A stretch of DNA of 64,000 bases from assembly GCA_945877355.1 (NCBI GenBank), contig CAMCRT010000002.1:3084-67083 (forward strand), in the 5' to 3' direction. Source of the DNA: an uncultured Mitsuokella sp. GTDB lineage: Bacteria; Bacillota; Negativicutes; Selenomonadales; Selenomonadaceae. The notes beneath the pieces were generated by a model. It saw only the letters and a program-made list of their open reading frames with translations. It ran no database searches and was not told the origin of the DNA. Positions 35,081-45,108 of the stretch are shown in pieces. The position numbers were made by a program, and so were the translations under genes. How positions within the stretch are numbered: the stretch's first letter is position 1; each line of letters starts with the position of its first letter.

Positions 35081-35130
35081 AAAAAGCCTGCGCAGGTCGC
35101 TTGTCATCAAGCGAATCGCGCAGGCTTTTT
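35081..35130. terminator. Bidirectional terminator between sbcC and the eptA-like gene
   Basis: Outer stem AAAAAGCCTGCGC/GCGCAGGCTTTTT encloses an inner stem TCGCTTG/CAAGCGA. Confidence 0.75.
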
Positions 35131-35142
35131 CTGTCCGTAGGT

Positions 35143-36990
35143 TTATTCGGCTGGTGCAGGCTCCTCCGGCCCGCCGTTCGGGTCCTCCGTCAGGGAGTAG
35201 CGGCCGAGCATCGTCGTCAGGCTGTCCCGATGGAAGCGGTAGCTGGGGCTGGTGAAGTCCTGGGTGGGGTCGTACCGGTCGGAGGGGGCGGAGAGGAGGC
35301 CGGAGAGGGTGTCGTACATCATGTCGTTCGTGAAGTAGCGGCTCGCATGGTCCCGAAGCGTCTCCGCACGTCCCGGGAGCGCCTGCTCGTAGGCGGGACT
35401 GAGGTAGATCCAGAAGGGGATGCGCACCATGTCGAAGGAGAACACGTCCGGATTGTGGGAGATTTCGAGATTCTCTCCGTGGTCGGAGAAGTAGACCATG
35501 GCCTGGAGGTTCAGGTTCTTCCTGGCGTAGTCGAAGACCTCCTGGAGGATGTGGTCCGTGTAGAGGATGCTGTTGGCGTAGGAGGCCTCGGAGGTCATGA
35601 TATTTGCCGTATCACCCTCGGGGGGCTGGAACTTGTTGAACTCCGTCGGGTAGCGGTTGTTGTAGTAGATATGGCTGCCCATGATGTGGAGCACCACGAA
35701 ATTGTTCTTTGTGGGGTCCAGCTGGGTGAGATACGGCAGGAGGGAGTCGTCGTACTTGTCCGTGAAGTTGTAGGAGTCGTCCGTCCACTGGGCATGGTCC
35801 GCCGTCTTTGCCACCAGCGTGATGGCGCTGTCATACTGGCCGTAGCGTCCCTGGTTGCTGAACCACCAGGTCTCGTAGCCCGCCTTTTTCGCCACGTCCA
35901 CGATGGAGGCGGACTCGAAGAACTCTTTGCCATTGTACTGGCTCTGCTCCGTCAGGGCCCGCTGGAGCACGGGGACGGTCTGGGACCAGGAGGAGTAGGC
36001 ATTCTCGAAGAAGTAGAAGTTCGGGTTTTCCCGCTGGGCGCTCTGCCAGGGTGTGTCCGGGTATTTGTAGTCCGGTGTGAAGGCCTGCATGTAGTTCCGG
36101 GAGGCGGACTCGCCGATGACGAAGATGACGGTGCCGGGGGCCCGAGCGGCAAGCGTCCGGCTGGCATCGAGGTGCAGGGACTCAAAGCGGGCGTCGTGGC
36201 CCACGCTGTACTCCTGGGTCTCCTCCACATAGCTTTTCACATCATTCCAGAGATCGGCGATAGAGGTCTGGGGGAGGTAGAAGGCTAGGCTGAGGGTTCC
36301 TGCTGCCACGAGGGCGAAGAGGGCCGCCATGCGCCCTGCCGTGGAGCCGGACTCCATGCGCTCGGCGAAGGCCAGATGGCAGCGGTACGCCAATGCGAAA
36401 AGAAGGGCAAGGGCCAGGAGGATGAGCCCTGCGGGCAGGAGCCCCACATTTGACTCGATGAAGTCGATGCTCTCCCGCCAATTTGTCAGGTACAGAGCCA
36501 TGAGGGAATCCGGCGTCAGGCAGTGCCAGATCATGCAGTAATAGATGATCTGCAGAAGGGGGGTGAGGATGGAGAGGATATTGAGCCCCGCCATGAGAGC
36601 CGCCACGACCCGGCGAGGCAGGATGGTGAAGAGCGCTCCCTCCAGCGCGGAGAATAGGACGAGGAGGCTCGTGCCCACGACAAAGTCATAGCAGATTTTC
36701 GACGCATACCACATCTGGTTGTAGGTCCAGGAATAGAGCAGGGGGAAGGTGGCTGCCCAGAGGAGGCCCGACAGGAGGTTCGGCAGGACCGGCCTAGAAA
36801 AGAGGGGCACCCGCGTGGCGTAGGGCAGCAGCACGAGGGAGGCCATGATGGGCAGGAACACCCACAGGAAGTAGTCCGCTCCCATGTCCTGGCCGATATC
36901 GATGTAGAAGGCAATGCACGAGATATAGTAGATGCCAGCCGCCGTAATCCAGCGGATGAACTTGTCCTGGTCAGTGTGGGTTATCTTCAT
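35143..36990 (-). CDS. Phosphoethanolamine transferase (EptA/sulfatase-like family)
   Basis: 615 aa with a multi-TM N-terminal domain and a periplasmic sulfatase-like domain (VIFVIGESASRNYM, HIMGSH, YFSDHGENL). Confidence 0.8.
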   Translation of the reverse strand: MKITHTDQDKFIRWITAAGIYYISCIAFYIDIGQDMGADYFLWVFLPIMASLVLLPYATRVPLFSRPVLPNLLSGLLWAATFPLLYSWTYNQMWYASKICYDFVVGTSLLVLFSALEGALFTILPRRVVAALMAGLNILSILTPLLQIIYYCMIWHCLTPDSLMALYLTNWRESIDFIESNVGLLPAGLILLALALLFALAYRCHLAFAERMESGSTAGRMAALFALVAAGTLSLAFYLPQTSIADLWNDVKSYVEETQEYSVGHDARFESLHLDASRTLAARAPGTVIFVIGESASRNYMQAFTPDYKYPDTPWQSAQRENPNFYFFENAYSSWSQTVPVLQRALTEQSQYNGKEFFESASIVDVAKKAGYETWWFSNQGRYGQYDSAITLVAKTADHAQWTDDSYNFTDKYDDSLLPYLTQLDPTKNNFVVLHIMGSHIYYNNRYPTEFNKFQPPEGDTANIMTSEASYANSILYTDHILQEVFDYARKNLNLQAMVYFSDHGENLEISHNPDVFSFDMVRIPFWIYLSPAYEQALPGRAETLRDHASRYFTNDMMYDTLSGLLSAPSDRYDPTQDFTSPSYRFHRDSLTTMLGRYSLTEDPNGGPEEPAPAE

Positions 36991-37181
36991 CGGATGAAAA
37001 GCTCCTTTGCGGATGCGAAATTTTCTATAAACTCAGAGGTGCTAAAACACAAATCATTATACAGAGGAAGGAAAGGGCAAGTCAAGAAAGAGGCGGAAAG
37101 AAAAGGTGTGAAGACCGGGGATGTGAAAATTTTTCGAAAGGAGAGGGGCTTCCAGACTCCTTAGAAGGACAGGCGGGAGGG

Positions 37182-37210
37182 TTGACGCAGGGGGAAAGCA
37201 CGGGTATTAT
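37182..37210 (+). promoter_or_regulatory. Sigma-70-type promoter upstream of tamB
   Basis: TTGACG (37182-37187), a 17-nt spacer, then TATTAT (37205-37210). Confidence 0.45.
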
Positions 37211-37281
37211 GGAAATTGCAGAAGTATGCAATACTTCCAAGATGAAATGATGCAGCAGGGAGCAGGGAAGGGGCTATTTCC

Positions 37282-40200
37282 ATGAAGAGAAAATATATCG
37301 CACCCATGGCGTTTTTTCTGCTGCTTATCGTTCTGATGGGCGCCTATCTTTTCGCACGTACGGAGACCTTCATGGCGACTCTGGGGGAGCAGGTGGGAGC
37401 CTATGCGGAAAATACGCTGGGCGTACCCGTGTCCATCGGAAAGATAACCGTCGTCTCACCCGGGACGGTCGAGGTCCAGGACATCACCCTCGAGGATAGG
37501 ACGGGCACGCCTATCCTTTCGGCAGAGCGGGCGACGGTGGAGGCGAGCCTTCTGGCGGCAGTCCGGAGCGGGGCAGATGCCATATCTACCGTCCGCATAG
37601 AGGGCGTCCAGGCAGCGCTTACGGAGCGGGAGGACGGCACGTGGAACATAGAGGACGTGGCTTCGACGAATACCTCCAGTGCGTCCTTTCATGGGAAGGT
37701 CCTCGTGACGGAGGGCGAGGTGAAGGTGACGCGCGCCTCGGGGGAGGCGGCGACCCTTCAGGGCGCCGAGGCGACGCTGGACTTTGCCCATGCACCTGCC
37801 GTGACCTTTTCGGGGAGCGGCGAGCTCCTGGGGGCTGCCGTCAAAGGAGAGGGCACCTATCGGAAGGAGCGTCAGACCTTTGACATTTCGGCGGAGGGAA
37901 TCGACGTGGAGAAGCTCCTTCCCTATGTGCCGGAGGGGACGCTCCCGGAGGGCGTCACGATCCAAACAGGGAAGATCGATGGGGCGCGGGTCGTGGGCTC
38001 CTACTACGGCAGCGTGCTGACCCTCACAGGGGATGCCACCCTTTCGGACGGGCGCGTGGAGGTGCTCGGCAGGGAAGTGGAGCATATCGCTGGAACGGCC
38101 CATTTCACGGAAAAGGAAGCCCTCCTTACGGTCGATGCGGAAGCTGCCGGACAGAAAGCCCATGCCAGTGGCATGGTCTATTACGAGGGTGCTGCACCCT
38201 ACCTTGATATTACGGCCCAGTCCGACTCCTTTGACCCCTCGATGATCCGTACCGACATCCCCTACAAGGGGGCGGCAGCCTTCAAGGCCCATGTGACGGG
38301 CAGCCCCACCGATCCGACGGTGGAGGGCACGGCCCGCATCCCGTCCGGCGAGGCCTACGGCATCGCCTTCCGGAATGCAAAGGCAGATGTCCGCTATGAA
38401 GGCGGGCGCGTCTTTGCGAAAAATGTATATGCCGAGGTGCTCGGGGGCAAGGTCTCCGGTGAGGCGACGTTCCTGCCGAAGGATCTCACCTATACGGGCC
38501 ATGTCAAGGTCCAGCAGCTCGATGCCCAGGCAGTAGCTGCCCTTTACCCAGCGGCCGCGGACCTCTCGGGGCGTATCTCAGCCGATCTCGGCTTCTCGGG
38601 AAAGGGGCAGGATCTGAGCGCCCTGGAGGCATACGGCAGCCTCTCCCATCGCGGCGGGTCCTACGGGGCGCTCCCCATCGAGCGCATCAACGCCTCCTTC
38701 GCCCTGAAGCAGGGGAAGCTCACATTGGACTACGCCTCGGCACGCCTGCCAAATGGCACGAGCATCGGGCTTGAGGGTGCTATTGATGATGTATTTTGCA
38801 GCCCGCTCCTGGAGCTCTCCCTCTATGGCGGTCATGTGGACTTCGGCCTGCTTCAGAAACTCACGCCGAAGGCAGACGTGACAGGCATGGGGGACTTCTC
38901 CCTGAAGGTGACGGGCCCCGCCACCAATCCCTATGTGGACGTGAAGCTCGTCGCCATGCATGGCAAGCTCTTCCAGCAGCCCTACGATGACCTGCGCATC
39001 CATGCGGCAGGCAGCCTCGACGGAGTGGAGATCCGCGAGTTCTCCCTTGTGAAGGACGGCAAGCAGCGCTGGTATGTGGAGGGGAGCGTCGGCTTTACCG
39101 GCGAGAAAAGGCTCAATCTGCGGGCCGATACCGTCGGCGTCCGGGCTGAGGACCTGGCGGCCCTCATCGCGCCGGATCAGAATATCACCGGCAACGTGGA
39201 CAATACGATCCGCCTGACGGGCACTCTCGATGATCCCCGGGGCGTGGGCTATGTCCATTTCTACCGTGGCAGCTACAATGGCATGCTCCTGCAGGGCATG
39301 GACGGCGACTATTTCCTGGAGGATAAGGGTGTCCGCCTGCAGGACTTCCACGTATTCTCCCCCCGCATCGATGTGGATATCAATGGATATGTGCTGAAGA
39401 ACCGGGGCCTCGATATGACGGTGGATGTCCATGAGATTGATTTTTCGCGGTTCTTCCTGCACCCGCCCTATCCTGTGGCGGGAAAGGGAACCTTCGCAGG
39501 GCAGGTCAGCGGTACCATCGATTCCCCGACCTTCTCCGGCACGCTCAAGGTGCCGGAGCTTACCATGAACGATGTGGCGCTGACGGATATCGACGGGCTG
39601 CTCGAGTATCAGGGCAGCACCGTATACCTGCGCAATCTCAGCCTCAAGCAAGGGGACGGGAAGCTCGTCTGCACGGGCACGTACAATACGGAGAGCGAGG
39701 AAATCGGCGGACAGGTCACGGCAGAGCAGGTGGATATCGCCTCCCTGGCAGCACTCCTGAATCAGAAGACGGAGAAGCTCAGCGGCACGGTGACGGCGAA
39801 TGCGACCCTGTCCGGGACGGCGAAGAACCCGACGGTGGCGGCTGCTGGAAGCCTCGTGACGGGGACGGTGGCAGGCTATCCTGTCCACGATGGCAGCTTC
39901 TCCATTCACCTGAAGGATCGGGTCGTGACGGTGGACTCCCTATCCCTCCTGCAGGGGGATTCCGGCGAGCTCCACGGCGACGGAACGATCGTGCTGGACG
40001 GCCCCATCGATGGGGAGCTCACGGCCCACGGGGTGCCCCTCGGCATCTTCACGAAGTCCCTCGGGGTCGATGCGGATGTCTCAGGCAGCGTCGAGACCCA
40101 TGCGGAGTTCGGCGGCACGATGCAGAATCCCACAGCCGATGCCACACTGACCGTGGAAAACGGCGGCGCCTACGGCGCCACCTTCGACACCCTTTCCGGC

Positions 40201-41622
40201 ACCTTCCACCTGAAGAATGGTCGCGTGAAGGTGGACACCCTCAAGGCGATGAAGACGGTGGGGGATAAAGCCTTTGAGGCCACGGCAAATGGTGTGGTTC
40301 CCCTGCGGGCGCTGACGGCGGAGAAGGGCGAGACCCTCGAGGAGCAGGAGCAGATCAACCTCACGTTGAACCTCGACAGGGCAAACCTGGCGCTTCTCCC
40401 CACCCTGTCCTCCCAGGTGGACTGGGCCATGGGGGATTTGGCGGGGAAGCTCAAGTTCACCGGCACGGCGGCTCAGCCGCAGGTGACGGGATCCCTTTCC
40501 CTCAAGGATGGCTCGGCAAAGCTGAAGCCCCTGGAGATCCCCCTGACAGAGATGAATTCCTATATTGATTTTCGCGGCAACACGATGACAATTATGGATT
40601 TTTCTGGTAAAATGGGCGATGGCACCTATCAGATGATCGGCGCGGTCACGCTGGATGGACACGACCTTGGCGATATGAATCTCTCACTGAATGCGAAAAA
40701 CCTCGATGTGCGCAGCAGCTTCTTCACGGGGCCGCTGGATGCCACGGTGGCGATTTCCGAGGGGGATTTCTACGGACGCCGGATGCCGAAGCTCACCGGC
40801 GAGCTCGATCTTCATGACTGTGTCATCTCCATGCCGGCTATCCCGGAATCGAGCGGGGAGCTCCCGGAAATGGCCATCGACACGACGGTGAATGTCGGAA
40901 GCGGAGTTCACGCCTACAGCGCGGCTCTCTACGACATGTTCCTCGCAGGGTCGGTCCATTACGGCGGCACATTGCATCATCCGCGCCCCTCCGGCACGAT
41001 TTCCGTGAAGCGCGGCGGCACTCTGCGCTATCTCAAGACGGTGTTCAACATCGATGAAGGCATCCTGTCCTTCAACCAGGTGGATTCCTTCCTGCCGAGC
41101 GTCCAGTTCAGTGCAGGGGCGCGCCTCAATCGGACCCGGGTCTACCTGAATGCATCGGGCCCCGTCGGTGCGATGGAAATGCGGCTCACCTCCGATCCGA
41201 GCATGAGCCAGACGGATATCATGAAGCTGCTCATGATGCGCGGCGATTCCCGGACGGGCACAGGCTCCATTGATACATCGAGCCTGCTCTTGACGGGGCT
41301 TCAGATGAGCTTCCTCTCAGAAGTGGAGGACACGGTGAAGGATGCCCTGCAGCTTGACAAGTTTACCGTCGGCATGGGGAACGGATCCCTTCTGGAGGAT
41401 ACGTCGGAGCAGAATACATCGGATGTGGATCGCGATGTCTACCATCTCGAGATGGGCAAGTACGTCGGGCACAGCGTCATGCTGCGCTATTCCCAGGGCA
41501 TCATAGGGGATTCGACGACACGCTTCGGCATGCAGTATGATATAAGCGATCGCTATACGGTAAGCTATGATCAGGAGAACGACGGATTCATCGTCGGCTT
41601 CTCCGCAAATATCCGGTTCTAA
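37282..41622 (+). CDS. tamB: Translocation and assembly module protein TamB (DUF490 family)
   Basis: 1446 aa with an N-terminal signal anchor, a long repetitive beta-rich body and a DUF490-like C-terminus ending ...GFSANIRF. Confidence 0.85.
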   Translation: MKRKYIAPMAFFLLLIVLMGAYLFARTETFMATLGEQVGAYAENTLGVPVSIGKITVVSPGTVEVQDITLEDRTGTPILSAERATVEASLLAAVRSGADAISTVRIEGVQAALTEREDGTWNIEDVASTNTSSASFHGKVLVTEGEVKVTRASGEAATLQGAEATLDFAHAPAVTFSGSGELLGAAVKGEGTYRKERQTFDISAEGIDVEKLLPYVPEGTLPEGVTIQTGKIDGARVVGSYYGSVLTLTGDATLSDGRVEVLGREVEHIAGTAHFTEKEALLTVDAEAAGQKAHASGMVYYEGAAPYLDITAQSDSFDPSMIRTDIPYKGAAAFKAHVTGSPTDPTVEGTARIPSGEAYGIAFRNAKADVRYEGGRVFAKNVYAEVLGGKVSGEATFLPKDLTYTGHVKVQQLDAQAVAALYPAAADLSGRISADLGFSGKGQDLSALEAYGSLSHRGGSYGALPIERINASFALKQGKLTLDYASARLPNGTSIGLEGAIDDVFCSPLLELSLYGGHVDFGLLQKLTPKADVTGMGDFSLKVTGPATNPYVDVKLVAMHGKLFQQPYDDLRIHAAGSLDGVEIREFSLVKDGKQRWYVEGSVGFTGEKRLNLRADTVGVRAEDLAALIAPDQNITGNVDNTIRLTGTLDDPRGVGYVHFYRGSYNGMLLQGMDGDYFLEDKGVRLQDFHVFSPRIDVDINGYVLKNRGLDMTVDVHEIDFSRFFLHPPYPVAGKGTFAGQVSGTIDSPTFSGTLKVPELTMNDVALTDIDGLLEYQGSTVYLRNLSLKQGDGKLVCTGTYNTESEEIGGQVTAEQVDIASLAALLNQKTEKLSGTVTANATLSGTAKNPTVAAAGSLVTGTVAGYPVHDGSFSIHLKDRVVTVDSLSLLQGDSGELHGDGTIVLDGPIDGELTAHGVPLGIFTKSLGVDADVSGSVETHAEFGGTMQNPTADATLTVENGGAYGATFDTLSGTFHLKNGRVKVDTLKAMKTVGDKAFEATANGVVPLRALTAEKGETLEEQEQINLTLNLDRANLALLPTLSSQVDWAMGDLAGKLKFTGTAAQPQVTGSLSLKDGSAKLKPLEIPLTEMNSYIDFRGNTMTIMDFSGKMGDGTYQMIGAVTLDGHDLGDMNLSLNAKNLDVRSSFFTGPLDATVAISEGDFYGRRMPKLTGELDLHDCVISMPAIPESSGELPEMAIDTTVNVGSGVHAYSAALYDMFLAGSVHYGGTLHHPRPSGTISVKRGGTLRYLKTVFNIDEGILSFNQVDSFLPSVQFSAGARLNRTRVYLNASGPVGAMEMRLTSDPSMSQTDIMKLLMMRGDSRTGTGSIDTSSLLLTGLQMSFLSEVEDTVKDALQLDKFTVGMGNGSLLEDTSEQNTSDVDRDVYHLEMGKYVGHSVMLRYSQGIIGDSTTRFGMQYDISDRYTVSYDQENDGFIVGFSANIRF

Positions 41623-41640
41623 CAGGAAAGGAGGTGCAGG

Positions 41641-42270
41641 ATGGAGCTAAAGGAGTACATGGCAGAGCTTTCCAGCGTCAGGAAGCTTGAGCTGGAGGAG
41701 GAGCGTGCGCTTTGGCGGGCGTTCCAGGCGGGCGACAGGCAGGCGCGGCAGACCCTCATCGAGTCCTATCAGCCCCTCGTATTCAAGCAGGCCATGGCCT
41801 TCCGCACCCATCCTGCCGTCATGGACATGGTGCAGGAGGGGACGGTGGGCCTCATAGAGGCTGTCGAGCGCTATGACCCCTCTCGCGGCGTGGCCTTCAG
41901 CCTCTATGCCATGCACCGCATACGGGGGCGCATGCTGAACTTCCTTGCCCGGGAGGGCAGGGAGGGGCTTGCGTGCCTGGAGGGGCAGCCAGAGGGGACG
42001 ATGAGCCTGCTGGACACCCTGGCGGATGAATCCCCGACCGCCCAGGAGGTGGCGGAGCAGCATGAGATGCTCCGGCGCGTCCAGGGTGCGATGGACAGGC
42101 TCCCGGTCAAGGAGCGTGCCGTCCTCGAGGGCATCTACCTCGAGAGCCACGGAGCCGACGAGGTGGCGCAGACCCTCGAGCTCAGCGTCTCCCACATCTA
42201 CCGCCTCCAGAAAAGCGGTGTTCGCCGCGTCCGCGGTATGTTGTCGCGCTTTTTGCACCATTGGAGATGA
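41641..42270 (+). CDS. Sigma-70-family RNA polymerase sigma factor (short, regions 2 and 4 only)
   Basis: Region 2 (LIESYQPLVFKQA..., MVQEGTVGLIEAVERYDP..GVAFSLYAMHRIRGRMLNFL) and region 4 HTH (ERAVLEGIYLES..ADEVAQTLELSVSHIYRLQKSGVRRVR) are present. The gene starts 19 nt after the tamB stop. Confidence 0.85.
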   Translation: MELKEYMAELSSVRKLELEEERALWRAFQAGDRQARQTLIESYQPLVFKQAMAFRTHPAVMDMVQEGTVGLIEAVERYDPSRGVAFSLYAMHRIRGRMLNFLAREGREGLACLEGQPEGTMSLLDTLADESPTAQEVAEQHEMLRRVQGAMDRLPVKERAVLEGIYLESHGADEVAQTLELSVSHIYRLQKSGVRRVRGMLSRFLHHWR

Positions 42271-42453
42271 TTCTTCCTCGTATTCGATGATATTCTCCGA
42301 ATATCGAAGAATACGGCGGAAAACAGCGGAATCCTACGGACAGCAAACAAAGGGCTGCTTTGGATTGTAGTACTATATCAGCTATCGGTTGTACGGTGGC
42401 AGGATCTTGATCGGGGTCGCGCTGGCAGGGCGAGGCTCTCATTGGAGAACGAT

Positions 42454-43032
42454 ATGGACGACAAAAGAAAGAAGGAGCGGCATCACATCCAGGCTGCGAA
42501 GGAATGGCTCGATGGTGCCGAGCGTTCCCTGGAAGGGCAGGATGATGTCCGCGGGGATCTTCGCGTGATGCTGGCAAAGGCAGAGCTTGCCCACGTAGGA
42601 GCCGGAAAGCATGTGAGCCTCCTGCGGCGCCTCGGGACCTATCTGCTGCCGGTCGCCTTGGCAGGGGCCATTGCAGCGGGCATTGTCTATGGGCTGAATC
42701 ATGGAGAGAGCGTCTCCAGGACGGAGCCCGCCGCAGCGACCGCCAAGGACGCAGCCGAAAGAAAGGTGCGGACGGACCAGAGTGCGCAGCCTCAAGAGGA
42801 GCTGCCGGATGAATCGGCAGCCGATAGGCCCGCTCAGCCCGCCCTGGCAGAGACCGCGCAAAAGGATGAGAGCCAGGGAGGGGAGGCTTCGCCCCCGGGG
42901 AGCTCGCCGAGCAAGTCCTCGGTGGAGACTACTTCAAAGCCGATGGATCTACAACCGTCGAAACGCGCCGAGCCGCCCGATGCAGAGACGCAAAAGCTCA
43001 TGCAGACGGCCGGGAAGGCGCTTCGAAAATAA
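42454..43032 (+). CDS. Single-pass membrane protein, possible anti-sigma factor
   Basis: About 65 cytoplasmic residues, one TM (LGTYLLPVALAGAIAAGIVYGL), then a P/A/E/S-rich low-complexity exterior tail. No recognisable domain; the functional guess rests on position only. Confidence 0.5.
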   Translation: MDDKRKKERHHIQAAKEWLDGAERSLEGQDDVRGDLRVMLAKAELAHVGAGKHVSLLRRLGTYLLPVALAGAIAAGIVYGLNHGESVSRTEPAAATAKDAAERKVRTDQSAQPQEELPDESAADRPAQPALAETAQKDESQGGEASPPGSSPSKSSVETTSKPMDLQPSKRAEPPDAETQKLMQTAGKALRK

Positions 43033-43090
43033 AGGACAATACTCTAGAAAATTCAATTTATGCCCTTGGGCGATATGGGAGGTTTCCTGA

Positions 43091-45097
43091 TTGAAACAGA
43101 AAAAGAAATGGCTTGCCTATGCCGTAGCACTTGCTGTCAGCGCATCCGTCCCCTCCATGGTGTATGCAGCACCGGGAGATGCGACGGAGATCCAGAAAAT
43201 GCCGAAGGATCAGGTGGAGGCTGCAAAGCAGGCCGATAAGAGTGCGAAGGCCATCGATGCGGCGGAAGCGCGTGCAGAGGAAAAGCTCCAGGAGCAGAAG
43301 ACCGACGTAAAGCCCGTCTATCAGCAGCTCACCACCGAGGAGGGCAAGACTGAGGCGGAAAAACCTGCAGCAGAGGATCCGGCTGAGGCGGAGAAAAAGG
43401 CACGGGCAGAGGCCTGGGCGAACTCCCGCCCGGAGGAGTCAGCGATACAGAAGGAAGTCGATGGGCTTCAGGGCCTCACGGTTGTCGATATCGTCTACGA
43501 GGGCGCCTCGGACAAGACGCTGAACACCACGAAGGCGGCCACCCACATGAAGGCGGGGGATAAGTTCACCTCTAAGGCTCTGGCGGATGACCGGGACTCC
43601 ATCTACAATACGGGCTATTTCTACGATATCTATCCGACCTTTGAAAAGGTGCCGGAGGGCGTCGTCATCACGTACCACCTGCTGGAAAACCCGATCCTGA
43701 GATCCGTCAAGATCACGGGCAACGAGTCGGAGACGGATGACACGCTGTACGGGCTCATGACCGTGCGCACTGGCACAATCCTCAACAACCGCATTCTCCA
43801 TGAGAATATCCAGGCCATCCAGGAGCAGTACAAGAAGGACGGCTATATCCTCGCCAAGGTCACGGATATGAATATCGATGGGAATGGGGATCTCGTCATC
43901 AAGATCAATGAGGGCAAGCTCGAGGGCTATACCGTCAAGGGCAACGAAAAGACGAAGGACTATGTCATCCTGCGGGAAATGCGCCAGAAGGTCGGCACCC
44001 CCTTCAACTCGAAGCTGGCAAAGCGCAGCATGCAGCGCGTCTACAATCTCGGCTTCTTCGAGGATGTCAATATCAAGATGAATCCTGGCGTAGAGCCCAA
44101 TGCTGTCGTCATGGAAGTCGACGTGAAGGAAAAGCATACCGGCAACTTCGGCATTGGTGCTGGCTACTCCAGCTCCGATGGCATCATCGGCATGATCTCC
44201 ATCGCGGATACGAACTTCCGGGGAGTAGGCGATGCCATCAGCCTGACCTACTCCATCAGCGGCGATGATACGGATGCCCACGGCTATACGTTTGCCTACC
44301 GCCATCCCTGGATTGACAAGAAGGAGACCGCCGGCACCCTTCGCGTCTACAATCGTACCTATGAATACGATGACTATGACGAGAACGGCGATCTCAATGA
44401 GACATATATGCGCAAATACTCCGGCGGCGAGATCACCCTCAGCCGCCCGGTCAGCGAGTACTCGACGAACTCCATCACGCTGCGCTCCCGGAATGATGAG
44501 TATGTCGAACATGTCGATGATGGCAACCACAATCGCTCTGCCCAGTGGATCAAGGACAACTTCGGCAGGACGAACAGCGTGACCCTCTCTCATGTCACCG
44601 ATACGCGGGACAATATCTACAACCCGATGGAGGGCGGCCGCCTGGAGTTCACCGGCGAGGTGGCAGGCCTGGGCGGTGATTTCAACTACCAGAAGGCCAG
44701 CGTCGAGGATCAGCGCTACTTCAAGATCGGCCATGCCCAGGTCATCGCACTTCGTGGGCAGCTGGGCGCCGGCTTTGGTGATATGTCCTATTTCAACAAG
44801 TTCCGCATCGGCGGCCAGACGACGCTTCGTGGCTATCGGGACGACCAGTTCCGTGGGAAGAAGATGGGGCTCTTTACGGTGGAGTATCGCTTCCCCATCA
44901 TCAAGCAGGTCCAGGGCGCCATCTTTACGGATTGGGGCGCGGCCTGGGATGATGGCTGGACGCCGGATGGGGATGCGATTAAGGGGAGCGTCGGCGTAGG
45001 CCTCTCCCTCAATACGCCCCTTGGACCGCTGCGTCTTGACTACGGTCGTGGCGAGGATGGCGGGCGCGTCCACTTCACGGTGGGCGGCTCCTTCTAA
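43091..45097 (+). CDS. bamA: Outer membrane protein assembly factor BamA
   Basis: Signal peptide, POTRA repeats and an Omp85 barrel (GYSSSDG..., RGY motifs), ending ...HFTVGGSF. TTG start lies 9 nt after GGGAGG. Confidence 0.92.
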   Translation: MKQKKKWLAYAVALAVSASVPSMVYAAPGDATEIQKMPKDQVEAAKQADKSAKAIDAAEARAEEKLQEQKTDVKPVYQQLTTEEGKTEAEKPAAEDPAEAEKKARAEAWANSRPEESAIQKEVDGLQGLTVVDIVYEGASDKTLNTTKAATHMKAGDKFTSKALADDRDSIYNTGYFYDIYPTFEKVPEGVVITYHLLENPILRSVKITGNESETDDTLYGLMTVRTGTILNNRILHENIQAIQEQYKKDGYILAKVTDMNIDGNGDLVIKINEGKLEGYTVKGNEKTKDYVILREMRQKVGTPFNSKLAKRSMQRVYNLGFFEDVNIKMNPGVEPNAVVMEVDVKEKHTGNFGIGAGYSSSDGIIGMISIADTNFRGVGDAISLTYSISGDDTDAHGYTFAYRHPWIDKKETAGTLRVYNRTYEYDDYDENGDLNETYMRKYSGGEITLSRPVSEYSTNSITLRSRNDEYVEHVDDGNHNRSAQWIKDNFGRTNSVTLSHVTDTRDNIYNPMEGGRLEFTGEVAGLGGDFNYQKASVEDQRYFKIGHAQVIALRGQLGAGFGDMSYFNKFRIGGQTTLRGYRDDQFRGKKMGLFTVEYRFPIIKQVQGAIFTDWGAAWDDGWTPDGDAIKGSVGVGLSLNTPLGPLRLDYGRGEDGGRVHFTVGGSF

Positions 45098-45108
45098 GGA
45101 CTCCCGTC

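Noticed and set aside
36976-37164. A 62-aa Lys-rich ORF in the eptA-tamB intergenic region, and the 101-aa ORF at 1533-1838(-).
   Set aside because: The first starts inside the eptA 5' end, has no RBS and is low-complexity. The second overlaps the pucR promoter and 5' end. Both are probably spurious.
41641-42270. Considered calling the sigma factor FliA (sigma-28) because motAB is in the window and region 2 resembles group 3 factors.
   Set aside because: It is about 40 residues shorter than typical FliA and lacks region 3. It is embedded in the OM locus, and I saw no sigma-28-type promoter upstream of motA. It is left as an unassigned sigma-70-family factor.
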